Shown here piece by piece: positions 50,106 to 63,944 of a stretch of DNA of 64,000 nt. Location of the stretch: contig NC_086380.1 in the NCBI RefSeq assembly GCF_036588685.1, positions 73,036,001 to 73,100,000 of the forward strand, given 5' to 3'. A model generated the notes under the pieces. That model worked only from the letters and a program-made list of their open reading frames with translations, was not told the origin of the DNA and searched no databases. The DNA is from Mytilus trossulus. Lineage: Eukaryota. The position numbers and the translations under genes were made by a program. How positions within the stretch are numbered: the stretch's first letter is position 1; each line of letters starts with the position of its first letter.

Positions 50106-50679
50106 CTATACCCTGTTTGCGGCAAGATGTGTTTTTTTCCTGTTCACTATTTTTTTTTTTTTTTATGCAATTTATATTTTTTTTTGTCTACTTAATAAAC
50201 TCATTATATATTTGTGTTTTTCTTGTACCTTTGTGTAATAGCTATTTGAATCATGGTTAGTTTTACTACAATCTGTTTATTTTGTAGAATTTTTGTTTTC
50301 TTTATGTACTATACCATAAAATGCATAAAAAGTTGTCATACAAGCTTCAAAAAACTATCCCTATAACAAAAACATACACCTTATCTTTACTTTCTGTTTA
50401 TGTTATAGCACACAAGCCTGTCAGCACTGATAAAAAAATTCAATGAAGAGAGGTCAAATTATATGAACTTGTCAAATTACAAAATAATGAGATTAACCAT
50501 CATGATGATTTTTATATGATTTATATAAAAAATCTTACATCTGGGGTCACCTTCAGTACCATCTGATATAAACAAAAAACTTAGTCATTCATGATTGTTT
50601 AGTTGTAAGGTCCTATATTTGTTATTTAAATATTAAAATACTGGAATAAAGTGCATTTCAAACAATTCTTACAATAACA

Positions 50680-53105
50680 ATGGGTCTAATCCCATGGCGT
50701 CTAAGGAAATACACATTTCAGAAAGGAAACAAGCCATATAATAAGGGGAAAAAATACAGAAATAAGACTTTACCTGCTGAAAAAGGCAAATTTGTGAGAC
50801 TACCAAAAGACTTGTATGACTTAGTGACTAAATCTGTTCATAATAAGAATGTTCAACTCATTCCTGCCTCTACAAAATCAGCTCGCTTTCTAAGGCCGAA
50901 GCCTCCGACAAAAACAGAAGTTGAAAAATGTGCTGAAAATGAAACAAAAACAGGGTAAGAATACTTTTTTTTGTTATTAAGCTTTCAAAAATAATTAAAC
51001 TTGCTTAAAAAAGTCACTTATAAACAACTATGAAGAAAAAGGCATGTGTCTTATATGCCAATTCTTTAAATGTGACAGCTGAAGAAAATGCAAGCTAGGA
51101 TAATACTTATTTTTAAATTTCTAGTCCTATATATATTTTCAAGAATTAAATAGTGCATGATTTTTATATATAATATATATAAAAACACAGGCAAAGAAAA
51201 AAATATGCACTTTTGAGAGTAAATTTGATCAAAAAGCTTATTTAAAGAAAACACTATTGTAAGGGAGGTAATTCAAAATAAAATTATTTTCACCTTTCCA
51301 AAACTTAGTTTTTACAAATAAAAAACTAATTCACTTCAATTTTGGCAACATTTTTCAACTTCAGGTCAGAGAAAAATAGTTTTCGACTCCTTCGGATCAA
51401 TGAACTTGAACAGATGTGGAATGAGGTTTTCATAGAACACAGAAAAATATCCCCTATGTGTACAGGGTTCATATCATGGGATTTAAGTGCAGAACAGCAA
51501 AGAGGGGCTGCCTGGAGGGAAAAGGCAAGCTGCAATAAGTGTTCTTACCATTCAAAAATGTTCAACCTTTACAATGAGGTGATCGCAAAGAAACGTGGTC
51601 GTCGAACAGCAGCTATTAATCTATCCATACAAGTCGCACTTAATCACATAGCTATCAGCACAACTGGTCTACAGAAATTATTTCTTGGTTCTAATATACC
51701 AGCTCCTTCCACTTCAAGTATGCAACACAGTGCTAATGTTGTTTCTGAAATTATAGAAGAGTACAATCAAAAGGATTTGGTTCAGAAAAGAAAATTACTG
51801 AAGGAAATAAACATATTAAGAGGTGATAATCCTAATATTATTAACATTCAGGCCGACGGAATGTATAATAACCCTATTTATTCCGGAATGGGTAAAACAC
51901 CATTTCAACCAGCTACTCAATGTACGTATAACATGTTAGAAAATAATACTTATAAGCACAGTATTGTAAGCACAAGACAAGTGTCTAAGCTTTGCTCAAA
52001 TAAGAGTGAACATAAAACAAAAACAAAAGTTAAATCTCACAAAGGTCACTGTTCCGCAAACATTGAAATGCATGACAGCATAGGCAGTGAGGAGCGATGG
52101 GCTAAAGACTGCTTGTTAGACCTGAAAAATGATGGTCTGGAAGTTCAAGAAATTACCACTGACCCTGACAGCAGTGCATTTAGAGCTGCAGAGTCTCTCT
52201 TTAAAGCTGGTACAACCAATACTCAGCCAATTCATTTTCTAGATACGAGACATGTGTCCGCAAATCATAGAAATTTTATTAAAAAAATGTCAGGTCTGAA
52301 GGAAATAATGCCGGCACGATTAGTTTCAGAGAAAGATAAAATGCTAAAAAGGTTTGCATTAGATATGGCAGCACGTTGTCAGGCAGAGTACAATGCTGCC
52401 TTTGATAAATTCAATATGGACTCTGTACGGGTAAAAGTTCACCTATCATATGCATGTCATGCTATAGTTTCTTGCTATCAGGGCGATCATAATGGTTGTA
52501 CAAAATATTCCCTTGTTTGTTCAAATAGGAACAGTTTGAAGACATGGACTGAAAAATCAGCTTATCTGAAAAATAACTTTAAATTAAATAAATCAGAGAA
52601 CACAGCAGCATTGTTACGTGAATGCGTAAAATATCGCCTTGGACCTACCATGCTAAACTGTACATGCAAAAACACTAACACACAAAAAGCTGAAGCAACT
52701 AACCGTGCAATACGTGCAACTGTACCTAGCAATGTAACATTTACCAGAAACTATAAAGGAAGGGTACATACAGCTATACATAACGTAAATAATGGCCCTG
52801 GAGAATCCATCGTGAAACTCTGTCAAGCGGCTGGGGTTCCCATCGAACCAGGAAGTCGTGCTGCCCATGGTCTGAAAAATATTCAACAACATAATGAAAA
52901 ACATAAATCATATAAGCAGTCAAAGAAGTACACAGATCAGAGATGCTCAAAAAAACATGAACTGTATAAAATATATGATGAGCATCAAGAGGAAAAAGAC
53001 TATGAGAAAAACAAACTTTTACCGACAAAACGACTGGCCGCAAAACAACCTCAAGAGTATTCGTTTGCCAAAAAACTCCGATCAAGACATGTTAAAAATA
53101 AATAA
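50680..53105 (+). CDS. DDD/E transposase, two exons (intron 50955-51364)
   Basis: Identical protein. Confidence 0.87.
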
Positions 53106-53115
53106 ATTACCTGCA

Positions 53116-53574
53116 TCAGATAAGACAACACGGTAAATGATTATTTGTACACTGTTTTGCCCGTCTACAGAAAATTCTCTCTATGTTTATACTGTGCGAC
53201 TCTAAGATCAGGTGCTCCGGTTTAATACATTTGGGGTTATGGCAAAGGTGTGAAATATCTAAAGGATCACCGTTTGGAGAGAAACGGGGAAGATTTTCTT
53301 TTAATATTCTTTTATCTAGCATATAAGATAATCTGTGAGCTCTTTCAAGAGTTCTAGTGCCATCAGGCCAATTCATAACTTTTTTCCCATAGACCCCATG
53401 CTCCAAAGCTCCAACCCACACTGTACAGTCATAATTTCCATGATTTTTTTCACTTTTCTTAGACAAAGCTAAAGCCAATGCATTCCAAAATGATTCCATG
53501 TTGTTTCTGTAAAATGAAAACCCAAAAGGGGTCCGAAATTGGGATCCCAGGGAGGCTGAGGGGTGAATTCCCAT
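53116..53574 (-). CDS. His-Me finger endonuclease
   Basis: Identical copy. Confidence 0.9.
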   Translation of the reverse strand: MGIHPSASLGSQFRTPFGFSFYRNNMESFWNALALALSKKSEKNHGNYDCTVWVGALEHGVYGKKVMNWPDGTRTLERAHRLSYMLDKRILKENLPRFSPNGDPLDISHLCHNPKCIKPEHLILESHSINIERIFCRRAKQCTNNHLPCCLI

Positions 53575-54288
53575 TATTTACCTTATACTGTACTTTCAAA
53601 CCCCTTTTAGTATCAAAATATTCTTATATTCTTGTTGTTATATATGTAAGTAATAGAAAATAATAAGTTACAATGGTAGTTTTTTCATTATTGTATTTTT
53701 ATAGTACTTCTAGTAACTATACCCTGTTTGCGGCAAGATGTGTTTTTTTCCTGTTCACTATTTTTTTTTTTTTATGCAATTTATATTTTTTTTTGTCTAC
53801 TTAATAAACTCATTATATATTTGTGTTTTTCTTGTACCTTTGTGTAATAGCTATTTGAATCATGGTTAGTTTTACTACAATCTGTTTATTTTGTAGAATT
53901 TTTGTTTTCTTTATGTACTATACCATAAAATGCATAAAAAGTTGTCATACAAGCTTCAAAAAACTATCCCTATAACAAAAACATACACCTTATCTTTACT
54001 TTCTGTTTATGTTATAGCACACAAGCCTGTCAGCACTGATAAAAAAATTCAATGAAGAGAGGTCAAATTATATGAACTTGTCAAATTACAAAATAATGAG
54101 ATTAACCATCATGATGATTTTTATATGATTTATATAAAAAATCTTACATCTGGGGTCACCTTCAGTACCATCTGATATAAACAAAAAACTTAGTCATTCA
54201 TGATTGTTTAGTTGTAAGGTCCTATATTTGTTATTTAAATATTAAAATACTGGAATAAAGTGCATTTCAAACAATTCTTACAATAACA

Positions 54289-56714
54289 ATGGGTCTAATC
54301 CCATGGCGTCTAAGGAAATACACATTTCAGAAAGGAAACAAGCCATATAATAAGGGGAAAAAATACAGAAATAAGACTTTACCTGCTGAAAAAGGCAAAT
54401 TTGTGAGACTACCAAAAGACTTGTATGACTTAGTGACTAAATCTGTTCATAATAAGAATGTTCAACTCATTCCTGCCTCTACAAAATCAGCTCGCTTTCT
54501 AAGGCCGAAGCCTCCGACAAAAACAGAAGTTGAAAAATGTGCTGAAAATGAAACAAAAACAGGGTAAGAATACTTTTTTTTGTTATTAAGCTTTCAAAAA
54601 TAATTAAACTTGCTTAAAAAAGTCACTTATAAACAACTATGAAGAAAAAGGCATGTGTCTTATATGCCAATTCTTTAAATGTGACAGCTGAAGAAAATGC
54701 AAGCTAGGATAATACTTATTTTTAAATTTCTAGTCCTATATATATTTTCAAGAATTAAATAGTGCATGATTTTTATATATAATATATATAAAAACACAGG
54801 CAAAGAAAAAAATATGCACTTTTGAGAGTAAATTTGATCAAAAAGCTTATTTAAAGAAAACACTATTGTAAGGGAGGTAATTCAAAATAAAATTATTTTC
54901 ACCTTTCCAAAACTTAGTTTTTACAAATAAAAAACTAATTCACTTCAATTTTGGCAACATTTTTCAACTTCAGGTCAGAGAAAAATAGTTTTCGACTCCT
55001 TCGGATCAATGAACTTGAACAGATGTGGAATGAGGTTTTCATAGAACACAGAAAAATATCCCCTATGTGTACAGGGTTCATATCATGGGATTTAAGTGCA
55101 GAACAGCAAAGAGGGGCTGCCTGGAGGGAAAAGGCAAGCTGCAATAAGTGTTCTTACCATTCAAAAATGTTCAACCTTTACAATGAGGTGATCGCAAAGA
55201 AACGTGGTCGTCGAACAGCAGCTATTAATCTATCCATACAAGTCGCACTTAATCACATAGCTATCAGCACAACTGGTCTACAGAAATTATTTCTTGGTTC
55301 TAATATACCAGCTCCTTCCACTTCAAGTATGCAACACAGTGCTAATGTTGTTTCTGAAATTATAGAAGAGTACAATCAAAAGGATTTGGTTCAGAAAAGA
55401 AAATTACTGAAGGAAATAAACATATTAAGAGGTGATAATCCTAATATTATTAACATTCAGGCCGACGGAATGTATAATAACCCTATTTATTCCGGAATGG
55501 GTAAAACACCATTTCAACCAGCTACTCAATGTACGTATAACATGTTAGAAAATAATACTTATAAGCACAGTATTGTAAGCACAAGACAAGTGTCTAAGCT
55601 TTGCTCAAATAAGAGTGAACATAAAACAAAAACAAAAGTTAAATCTCACAAAGGTCACTGTTCCGCAAACATTGAAATGCATGACAGCATAGGCAGTGAG
55701 GAGCGATGGGCTAAAGACTGCTTGTTAGACCTGAAAAATGATGGTCTGGAAGTTCAAGAAATTACCACTGACCCTGACAGCAGTGCATTTAGAGCTGCAG
55801 AGTCTCTCTTTAAAGCTGGTACAACCAATACTCAGCCAATTCATTTTCTAGATACGAGACATGTGTCCGCAAATCATAGAAATTTTATTAAAAAAATGTC
55901 AGGTCTGAAGGAAATAATGCCGGCACGATTAGTTTCAGAGAAAGATAAAATGCTAAAAAGGTTTGCATTAGATATGGCAGCACGTTGTCAGGCAGAGTAC
56001 AATGCTGCCTTTGATAAATTCAATATGGACTCTGTACGGGTAAAAGTTCACCTATCATATGCATGTCATGCTATAGTTTCTTGCTATCAGGGCGATCATA
56101 ATGGTTGTACAAAATATTCCCTTGTTTGTTCAAATAGGAACAGTTTGAAGACATGGACTGAAAAATCAGCTTATCTGAAAAATAACTTTAAATTAAATAA
56201 ATCAGAGAACACAGCAGCATTGTTACGTGAATGCGTAAAATATCGCCTTGGACCTACCATGCTAAACTGTACATGCAAAAACACTAACACACAAAAAGCT
56301 GAAGCAACTAACCGTGCAATACGTGCAACTGTACCTAGCAATGTAACATTTACCAGAAACTATAAAGGAAGGGTACATACAGCTATACATAACGTAAATA
56401 ATGGCCCTGGAGAATCCATCGTGAAACTCTGTCAAGCGGCTGGGGTTCCCATCGAACCAGGAAGTCGTGCTGCCCATGGTCTGAAAAATATTCAACAACA
56501 TAATGAAAAACATAAATCATATAAGCAGTCAAAGAAGTACACAGATCAGAGATGCTCAAAAAAACATGAACTGTATAAAATATATGATGAGCATCAAGAG
56601 GAAAAAGACTATGAGAAAAACAAACTTTTACCGACAAAACGACTGGCCGCAAAACAACCTCAAGAGTATTCGTTTGCCAAAAAACTCCGATCAAGACATG
56701 TTAAAAATAAATAA
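54289..56714 (+). CDS. DDD/E transposase, two exons (intron 54564-54973)
   Basis: Identical protein. Confidence 0.87.
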
Positions 56715-56724
56715 ATTACCTGCA

Positions 56725-57183
56725 TCAGATAAGACAACACGGTAAATGATTATTTGTACACTGTTTTGCCCGTCTACAGAAAATTCTCTCTATGTTTATA
56801 CTGTGCGACTCTAAGATCAGGTGCTCCGGTTTAATACATTTGGGGTTATGGCAAAGGTGTGAAATATCTAAAGGATCACCGTTTGGAGAGAAACGGGGAA
56901 GATTTTCTTTTAATATTCTTTTATCTAGCATATAAGATAATCTGTGAGCTCTTTCAAGAGTTCTAGTGCCATCAGGCCAATTCATAACTTTTTTCCCATA
57001 GACCCCATGCTCCAAAGCTCCAACCCACACTGTACAGTCATAATTTCCATGATTTTTTTCACTTTTCTTAGACAAAGCTAAAGCCAATGCATTCCAAAAT
57101 GATTCCATGTTGTTTCTGTAAAATGAAAACCCAAAAGGGGTCCGAAATTGGGATCCCAGGGAGGCTGAGGGGTGAATTCCCAT
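56725..57183 (-). CDS. His-Me finger endonuclease
   Basis: Identical copy. Confidence 0.9.
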   Translation of the reverse strand: MGIHPSASLGSQFRTPFGFSFYRNNMESFWNALALALSKKSEKNHGNYDCTVWVGALEHGVYGKKVMNWPDGTRTLERAHRLSYMLDKRILKENLPRFSPNGDPLDISHLCHNPKCIKPEHLILESHSINIERIFCRRAKQCTNNHLPCCLI

Positions 57184-57898
57184 TATTTACCTTATACTGT
57201 ACTTTCAAACCCCTTTTAGTATCAAAATATTCTTATATTCTTGTTGTTATATATGTAAGTAATAGAAAATAATAAGTTACAATGGTAGTTTTTTCATTAT
57301 TGTATTTTTATAGTACTTCTAGTAACTATACCCTGTTTGCGGCAAGATGTGTTTTTTTCCTGTTCACTATTTTTTTTTTTTTTATGCAATTTATATTTTT
57401 TTTTGTCTACTTAATAAACTCATTATATATTTGTGTTTTTCTTGTACCTTTGTGTAATAGCTATTTGAATCATGGTTAGTTTTACTACAATCTGTTTATT
57501 TTGTAGAATTTTTGTTTTCTTTATGTACTATACCATAAAATGCATAAAAAGTTGTCATACAAGCTTCAAAAAACTATCCCTATAACAAAAACATACACCT
57601 TATCTTTACTTTCTGTTTATGTTATAGCACACAAGCCTGTCAGCACTGATAAAAAAATTCAATGAAGAGAGGTCAAATTATATGAACTTGTCAAATTACA
57701 AAATAATGAGATTAACCATCATGATGATTTTTATATGATTTATATAAAAAATCTTACATCTGGGGTCACCTTCAGTACCATCTGATATAAACAAAAAACT
57801 TAGTCATTCATGATTGTTTAGTTGTAAGGTCCTATATTTGTTATTTAAATATTAAAATACTGGAATAAAGTGCATTTCAAACAATTCTTACAATAACA

Positions 57899-60324
57899 AT
57901 GGGTCTAATCCCATGGCGTCTAAGGAAATACACATTTCAGAAAGGAAACAAGCCATATAATAAGGGGAAAAAATACAGAAATAAGACTTTACCTGCTGAA
58001 AAAGGCAAATTTGTGAGACTACCAAAAGACTTGTATGACTTAGTGACTAAATCTGTTCATAATAAGAATGTTCAACTCATTCCTGCCTCTACAAAATCAG
58101 CTCGCTTTCTAAGGCCGAAGCCTCCGACAAAAACAGAAGTTGAAAAATGTGCTGAAAATGAAACAAAAACAGGGTAAGAATACTTTTTTTTGTTATTAAG
58201 CTTTCAAAAATAATTAAACTTGCTTAAAAAAGTCACTTATAAACAACTATGAAGAAAAAGGCATGTGTCTTATATGCCAATTCTTTAAATGTGACAGCTG
58301 AAGAAAATGCAAGCTAGGATAATACTTATTTTTAAATTTCTAGTCCTATATATATTTTCAAGAATTAAATAGTGCATGATTTTTATATATAATATATATA
58401 AAAACACAGGCAAAGAAAAAAATATGCACTTTTGAGAGTAAATTTGATCAAAAAGCTTATTTAAAGAAAACACTATTGTAAGGGAGGTAATTCAAAATAA
58501 AATTATTTTCACCTTTCCAAAACTTAGTTTTTACAAATAAAAAACTAATTCACTTCAATTTTGGCAACATTTTTCAACTTCAGGTCAGAGAAAAATAGTT
58601 TTCGACTCCTTCGGATCAATGAACTTGAACAGATGTGGAATGAGGTTTTCATAGAACACAGAAAAATATCCCCTATGTGTACAGGGTTCATATCATGGGA
58701 TTTAAGTGCAGAACAGCAAAGAGGGGCTGCCTGGAGGGAAAAGGCAAGCTGCAATAAGTGTTCTTACCATTCAAAAATGTTCAACCTTTACAATGAGGTG
58801 ATCGCAAAGAAACGTGGTCGTCGAACAGCAGCTATTAATCTATCCATACAAGTCGCACTTAATCACATAGCTATCAGCACAACTGGTCTACAGAAATTAT
58901 TTCTTGGTTCTAATATACCAGCTCCTTCCACTTCAAGTATGCAACACAGTGCTAATGTTGTTTCTGAAATTATAGAAGAGTACAATCAAAAGGATTTGGT
59001 TCAGAAAAGAAAATTACTGAAGGAAATAAACATATTAAGAGGTGATAATCCTAATATTATTAACATTCAGGCCGACGGAATGTATAATAACCCTATTTAT
59101 TCCGGAATGGGTAAAACACCATTTCAACCAGCTACTCAATGTACGTATAACATGTTAGAAAATAATACTTATAAGCACAGTATTGTAAGCACAAGACAAG
59201 TGTCTAAGCTTTGCTCAAATAAGAGTGAACATAAAACAAAAACAAAAGTTAAATCTCACAAAGGTCACTGTTCCGCAAACATTGAAATGCATGACAGCAT
59301 AGGCAGTGAGGAGCGATGGGCTAAAGACTGCTTGTTAGACCTGAAAAATGATGGTCTGGAAGTTCAAGAAATTACCACTGACCCTGACAGCAGTGCATTT
59401 AGAGCTGCAGAGTCTCTCTTTAAAGCTGGTACAACCAATACTCAGCCAATTCATTTTCTAGATACGAGACATGTGTCCGCAAATCATAGAAATTTTATTA
59501 AAAAAATGTCAGGTCTGAAGGAAATAATGCCGGCACGATTAGTTTCAGAGAAAGATAAAATGCTAAAAAGGTTTGCATTAGATATGGCAGCACGTTGTCA
59601 GGCAGAGTACAATGCTGCCTTTGATAAATTCAATATGGACTCTGTACGGGTAAAAGTTCACCTATCATATGCATGTCATGCTATAGTTTCTTGCTATCAG
59701 GGCGATCATAATGGTTGTACAAAATATTCCCTTGTTTGTTCAAATAGGAACAGTTTGAAGACATGGACTGAAAAATCAGCTTATCTGAAAAATAACTTTA
59801 AATTAAATAAATCAGAGAACACAGCAGCATTGTTACGTGAATGCGTAAAATATCGCCTTGGACCTACCATGCTAAACTGTACATGCAAAAACACTAACAC
59901 ACAAAAAGCTGAAGCAACTAACCGTGCAATACGTGCAACTGTACCTAGCAATGTAACATTTACCAGAAACTATAAAGGAAGGGTACATACAGCTATACAT
60001 AACGTAAATAATGGCCCTGGAGAATCCATCGTGAAACTCTGTCAAGCGGCTGGGGTTCCCATCGAACCAGGAAGTCGTGCTGCCCATGGTCTGAAAAATA
60101 TTCAACAACATAATGAAAAACATAAATCATATAAGCAGTCAAAGAAGTACACAGATCAGAGATGCTCAAAAAAACATGAACTGTATAAAATATATGATGA
60201 GCATCAAGAGGAAAAAGACTATGAGAAAAACAAACTTTTACCGACAAAACGACTGGCCGCAAAACAACCTCAAGAGTATTCGTTTGCCAAAAAACTCCGA
60301 TCAAGACATGTTAAAAATAAATAA
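57899..60324 (+). CDS. DDD/E transposase, two exons (intron 58174-58583)
   Basis: Identical protein. Confidence 0.87.
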
Positions 60325-60334
60325 ATTACCTGCA

Positions 60335-60793
60335 TCAGATAAGACAACACGGTAAATGATTATTTGTACACTGTTTTGCCCGTCTACAGAAAATTCTCTC
60401 TATGTTTATACTGTGCGACTCTAAGATCAGGTGCTCCGGTTTAATACATTTGGGGTTATGGCAAAGGTGTGAAATATCTAAAGGATCACCGTTTGGAGAG
60501 AAACGGGGAAGATTTTCTTTTAATATTCTTTTATCTAGCATATAAGATAATCTGTGAGCTCTTTCAAGAGTTCTAGTGCCATCAGGCCAATTCATAACTT
60601 TTTTCCCATAGACCCCATGCTCCAAAGCTCCAACCCACACTGTACAGTCATAATTTCCATGATTTTTTTCACTTTTCTTAGACAAAGCTAAAGCCAATGC
60701 ATTCCAAAATGATTCCATGTTGTTTCTGTAAAATGAAAACCCAAAAGGGGTCCGAAATTGGGATCCCAGGGAGGCTGAGGGGTGAATTCCCAT
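60335..60793 (-). CDS. His-Me finger endonuclease
   Basis: Identical copy. Confidence 0.9.
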   Translation of the reverse strand: MGIHPSASLGSQFRTPFGFSFYRNNMESFWNALALALSKKSEKNHGNYDCTVWVGALEHGVYGKKVMNWPDGTRTLERAHRLSYMLDKRILKENLPRFSPNGDPLDISHLCHNPKCIKPEHLILESHSINIERIFCRRAKQCTNNHLPCCLI

Positions 60794-61508
60794 TATTTAC
60801 CTTATACTGTACTTTCAAACCCCTTTTAGTATCAAAATATTCTTATATTCTTGTTGTTATATATGTAAGTAATAGAAAATAATAAGTTACAATGGTAGTT
60901 TTTTCATTATTGTATTTTTATAGTACTTCTAGTAACTATACCCTGTTTGCGGCAAGATGTGTTTTTTTCCTGTTCACTATTTTTTTTTTTTTTATGCAAT
61001 TTATATTTTTTTTTGTCTACTTAATAAACTCATTATATATTTGTGTTTTTCTTGTACCTTTGTGTAATAGCTATTTGAATCATGGTTAGTTTTACTACAA
61101 TCTGTTTATTTTGTAGAATTTTTGTTTTCTTTATGTACTATACCATAAAATGCATAAAAAGTTGTCATACAAGCTTCAAAAAACTATCCCTATAACAAAA
61201 ACATACACCTTATCTTTACTTTCTGTTTATGTTATAGCACACAAGCCTGTCAGCACTGATAAAAAAATTCAATGAAGAGAGGTCAAATTATATGAACTTG
61301 TCAAATTACAAAATAATGAGATTAACCATCATGATGATTTTTATATGATTTATATAAAAAATCTTACATCTGGGGTCACCTTCAGTACCATCTGATATAA
61401 ACAAAAAACTTAGTCATTCATGATTGTTTAGTTGTAAGGTCCTATATTTGTTATTTAAATATTAAAATACTGGAATAAAGTGCATTTCAAACAATTCTTA
61501 CAATAACA

Positions 61509-63934
61509 ATGGGTCTAATCCCATGGCGTCTAAGGAAATACACATTACAGAAAGGAAACAAGCCATATAATAAGGGGAAAAAATACAGAAATAAGACTTT
61601 ACCTGCTGAAAAAGGCAAATTTGTGAGACTACCAAAAGACTTGTATGACTTAGTGACTAAATCTGTTCATAATAAGAATGTTCAACTCATTCCTGCCTCT
61701 ACAAAATCAGCTCGCTTTCTAAGGCCGAAGCCTCCGACAAAAACAGAAGTTGAAAAATGTGCTGAAAATGAAACAAAAACAGGGTAAGAATACTTTTTTT
61801 TGTTATTAAGCTTTCAAAAATAATTAAACTTGCTTAAAAAAGTCACTTATAAACAACTATGAAGAAAAAGGCATGTGTCTTATATGCCAATTCTTTAAAT
61901 GTGACAGCTGAAGAAAATGCAAGCTAGGATAATACTTATTTTTAAATTTCTAGTCCTATATATATTTTCAAGAATTAAATAGTGCATGATTTTTATATAT
62001 AATATATATAAAAACACAGGCAAAGAAAAAAATATGCACTTTTGAGAGTAAATTTGATCAAAAAGCTTATTTAAAGAAAACACTATTGTAAGGGAGGTAA
62101 TTCAAAATAAAATTATTTTCACCTTTCCAAAACTTAGTTTTTACAAATAAAAAACTAATTCACTTCAATTTTGGCAACATTTTTCAACTTCAGGTCAGAG
62201 AAAAATAGTTTTCGACTCCTTCGGATCAATGAACTTGAACAGATGTGGAATGAGGTTTTCATAGAACACAGAAAAATATCCCCTATGTGTACAGGGTTCA
62301 TATCATGGGATTTAAGTGCAGAACAGCAAAGAGGGGCTGCCTGGAGGGAAAAGGCAAGCTGCAATAAGTGTTCTTACCATTCAAAAATGTTCAACCTTTA
62401 CAATGAGGTGATCGCAAAGAAACGTGGTCGTCGAACAGCAGCTATTAATCTATCCATACAAGTCGCACTTAATCACATAGCTATCAGCACAACTGGTCTA
62501 CAGAAATTATTTCTTGGTTCTAATATACCAGCTCCTTCCACTTCAAGTATGCAACACAGTGCTAATGTTGTTTCTGAAATTATAGAAGAGTACAATCAAA
62601 AGGATTTGGTTCAGAAAAGAAAATTACTGAAGGAAATAAACATATTAAGAGGTGATAATCCTAATATTATTAACATTCAGGCCGACGGAATGTATAATAA
62701 CCCTATTTATTCCGGAATGGGTAAAACACCATTTCAACCAGCTACTCAATGTACGTATAACATGTTAGAAAATAATACTTATAAGCACAGTATTGTAAGC
62801 ACAAGACAAGTGTCTAAGCTTTGCTCAAATAAGAGTGAACATAAAACAAAAACAAAAGTTAAATCTCACAAAGGTCACTGTTCCGCAAACATTGAAATGC
62901 ATGACAGCATAGGCAGTGAGGAGCGATGGGCTAAAGACTGCTTGTTAGACCTGAAAAATGATGGTCTGGAAGTTCAAGAAATTACCACTGACCCTGACAG
63001 CAGTGCATTTAGAGCTGCAGAGTCTCTCTTTAAAGCTGGTACAACCAATACTCAGCCAATTCATTTTCTAGATACGAGACATGTGTCCGCAAATCATAGA
63101 AATTTTATTAAAAAAATGTCAGGTCTGAAGGAAATAATGCCGGCACGATTAGTTTCAGAGAAAGATAAAATGCTAAAAAGGTTTGCATTAGATATGGCAG
63201 CACGTTGTCAGGCAGAGTACAATGCTGCCTTTGATAAATTCAATATGGACTCTGTACGGGTAAAAGTTCACCTATCATATGCATGTCATGCTATAGTTTC
63301 TTGCTATCAGGGCGATCATAATGGTTGTACAAAATATTCCCTTGTTTGTTCAAATAGGAACAGTTTGAAGACATGGACTGAAAAATCAGCTTATCTGAAA
63401 AATAACTTTAAATTAAATAAATCAGAGAACACAGCAGCATTGTTACGTGAATGCGTAAAATATCGCCTTGGACCTACCATGCTAAACTGTACATGCAAAA
63501 ACACTAACACACAAAAAGCTGAAGCAACTAACCGTGCAATACGTGCAACTGTACCTAGCAATGTAACATTTACCAGAAACTATAAAGGAAGGGTACATAC
63601 AGCTATACATAACGTAAATAATGGCCCTGGAGAATCCATCGTGAAACTCTGTCAAGCGGCTGGGGTTCCCATCGAACCAGGAAGTCGTGCTGCCCATGGT
63701 CTGAAAAATATTCAACAACATAATGAAAAACATAAATCATATAAGCAGTCAAAGAAGTACACAGATCAGAGATGCTCAAAAAAACATGAACTGTATAAAA
63801 TATATGATGAGCATCAAGAGGAAAAAGACTATGAGAAAAACAAACTTTTACCGACAAAACGACTGGCCGCAAAACAACCTCAAGAGTATTCGTTTGCCAA
63901 AAAACTCCGATCAAGACATGTTAAAAATAAATAA
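61509..63934 (+). CDS. DDD/E transposase, two exons (intron 61784-62193)
   Basis: Same protein except F13L (TTT>TTA at 61547). Confidence 0.87.
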
Positions 63935-63944
63935 ATTACCTGCA

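Noticed and set aside
48752-50260. 502-aa ORF with a novel hydrophobic C-terminus
   Set aside because: Artefact of reading through the 100-N gap into T-rich non-coding sequence.
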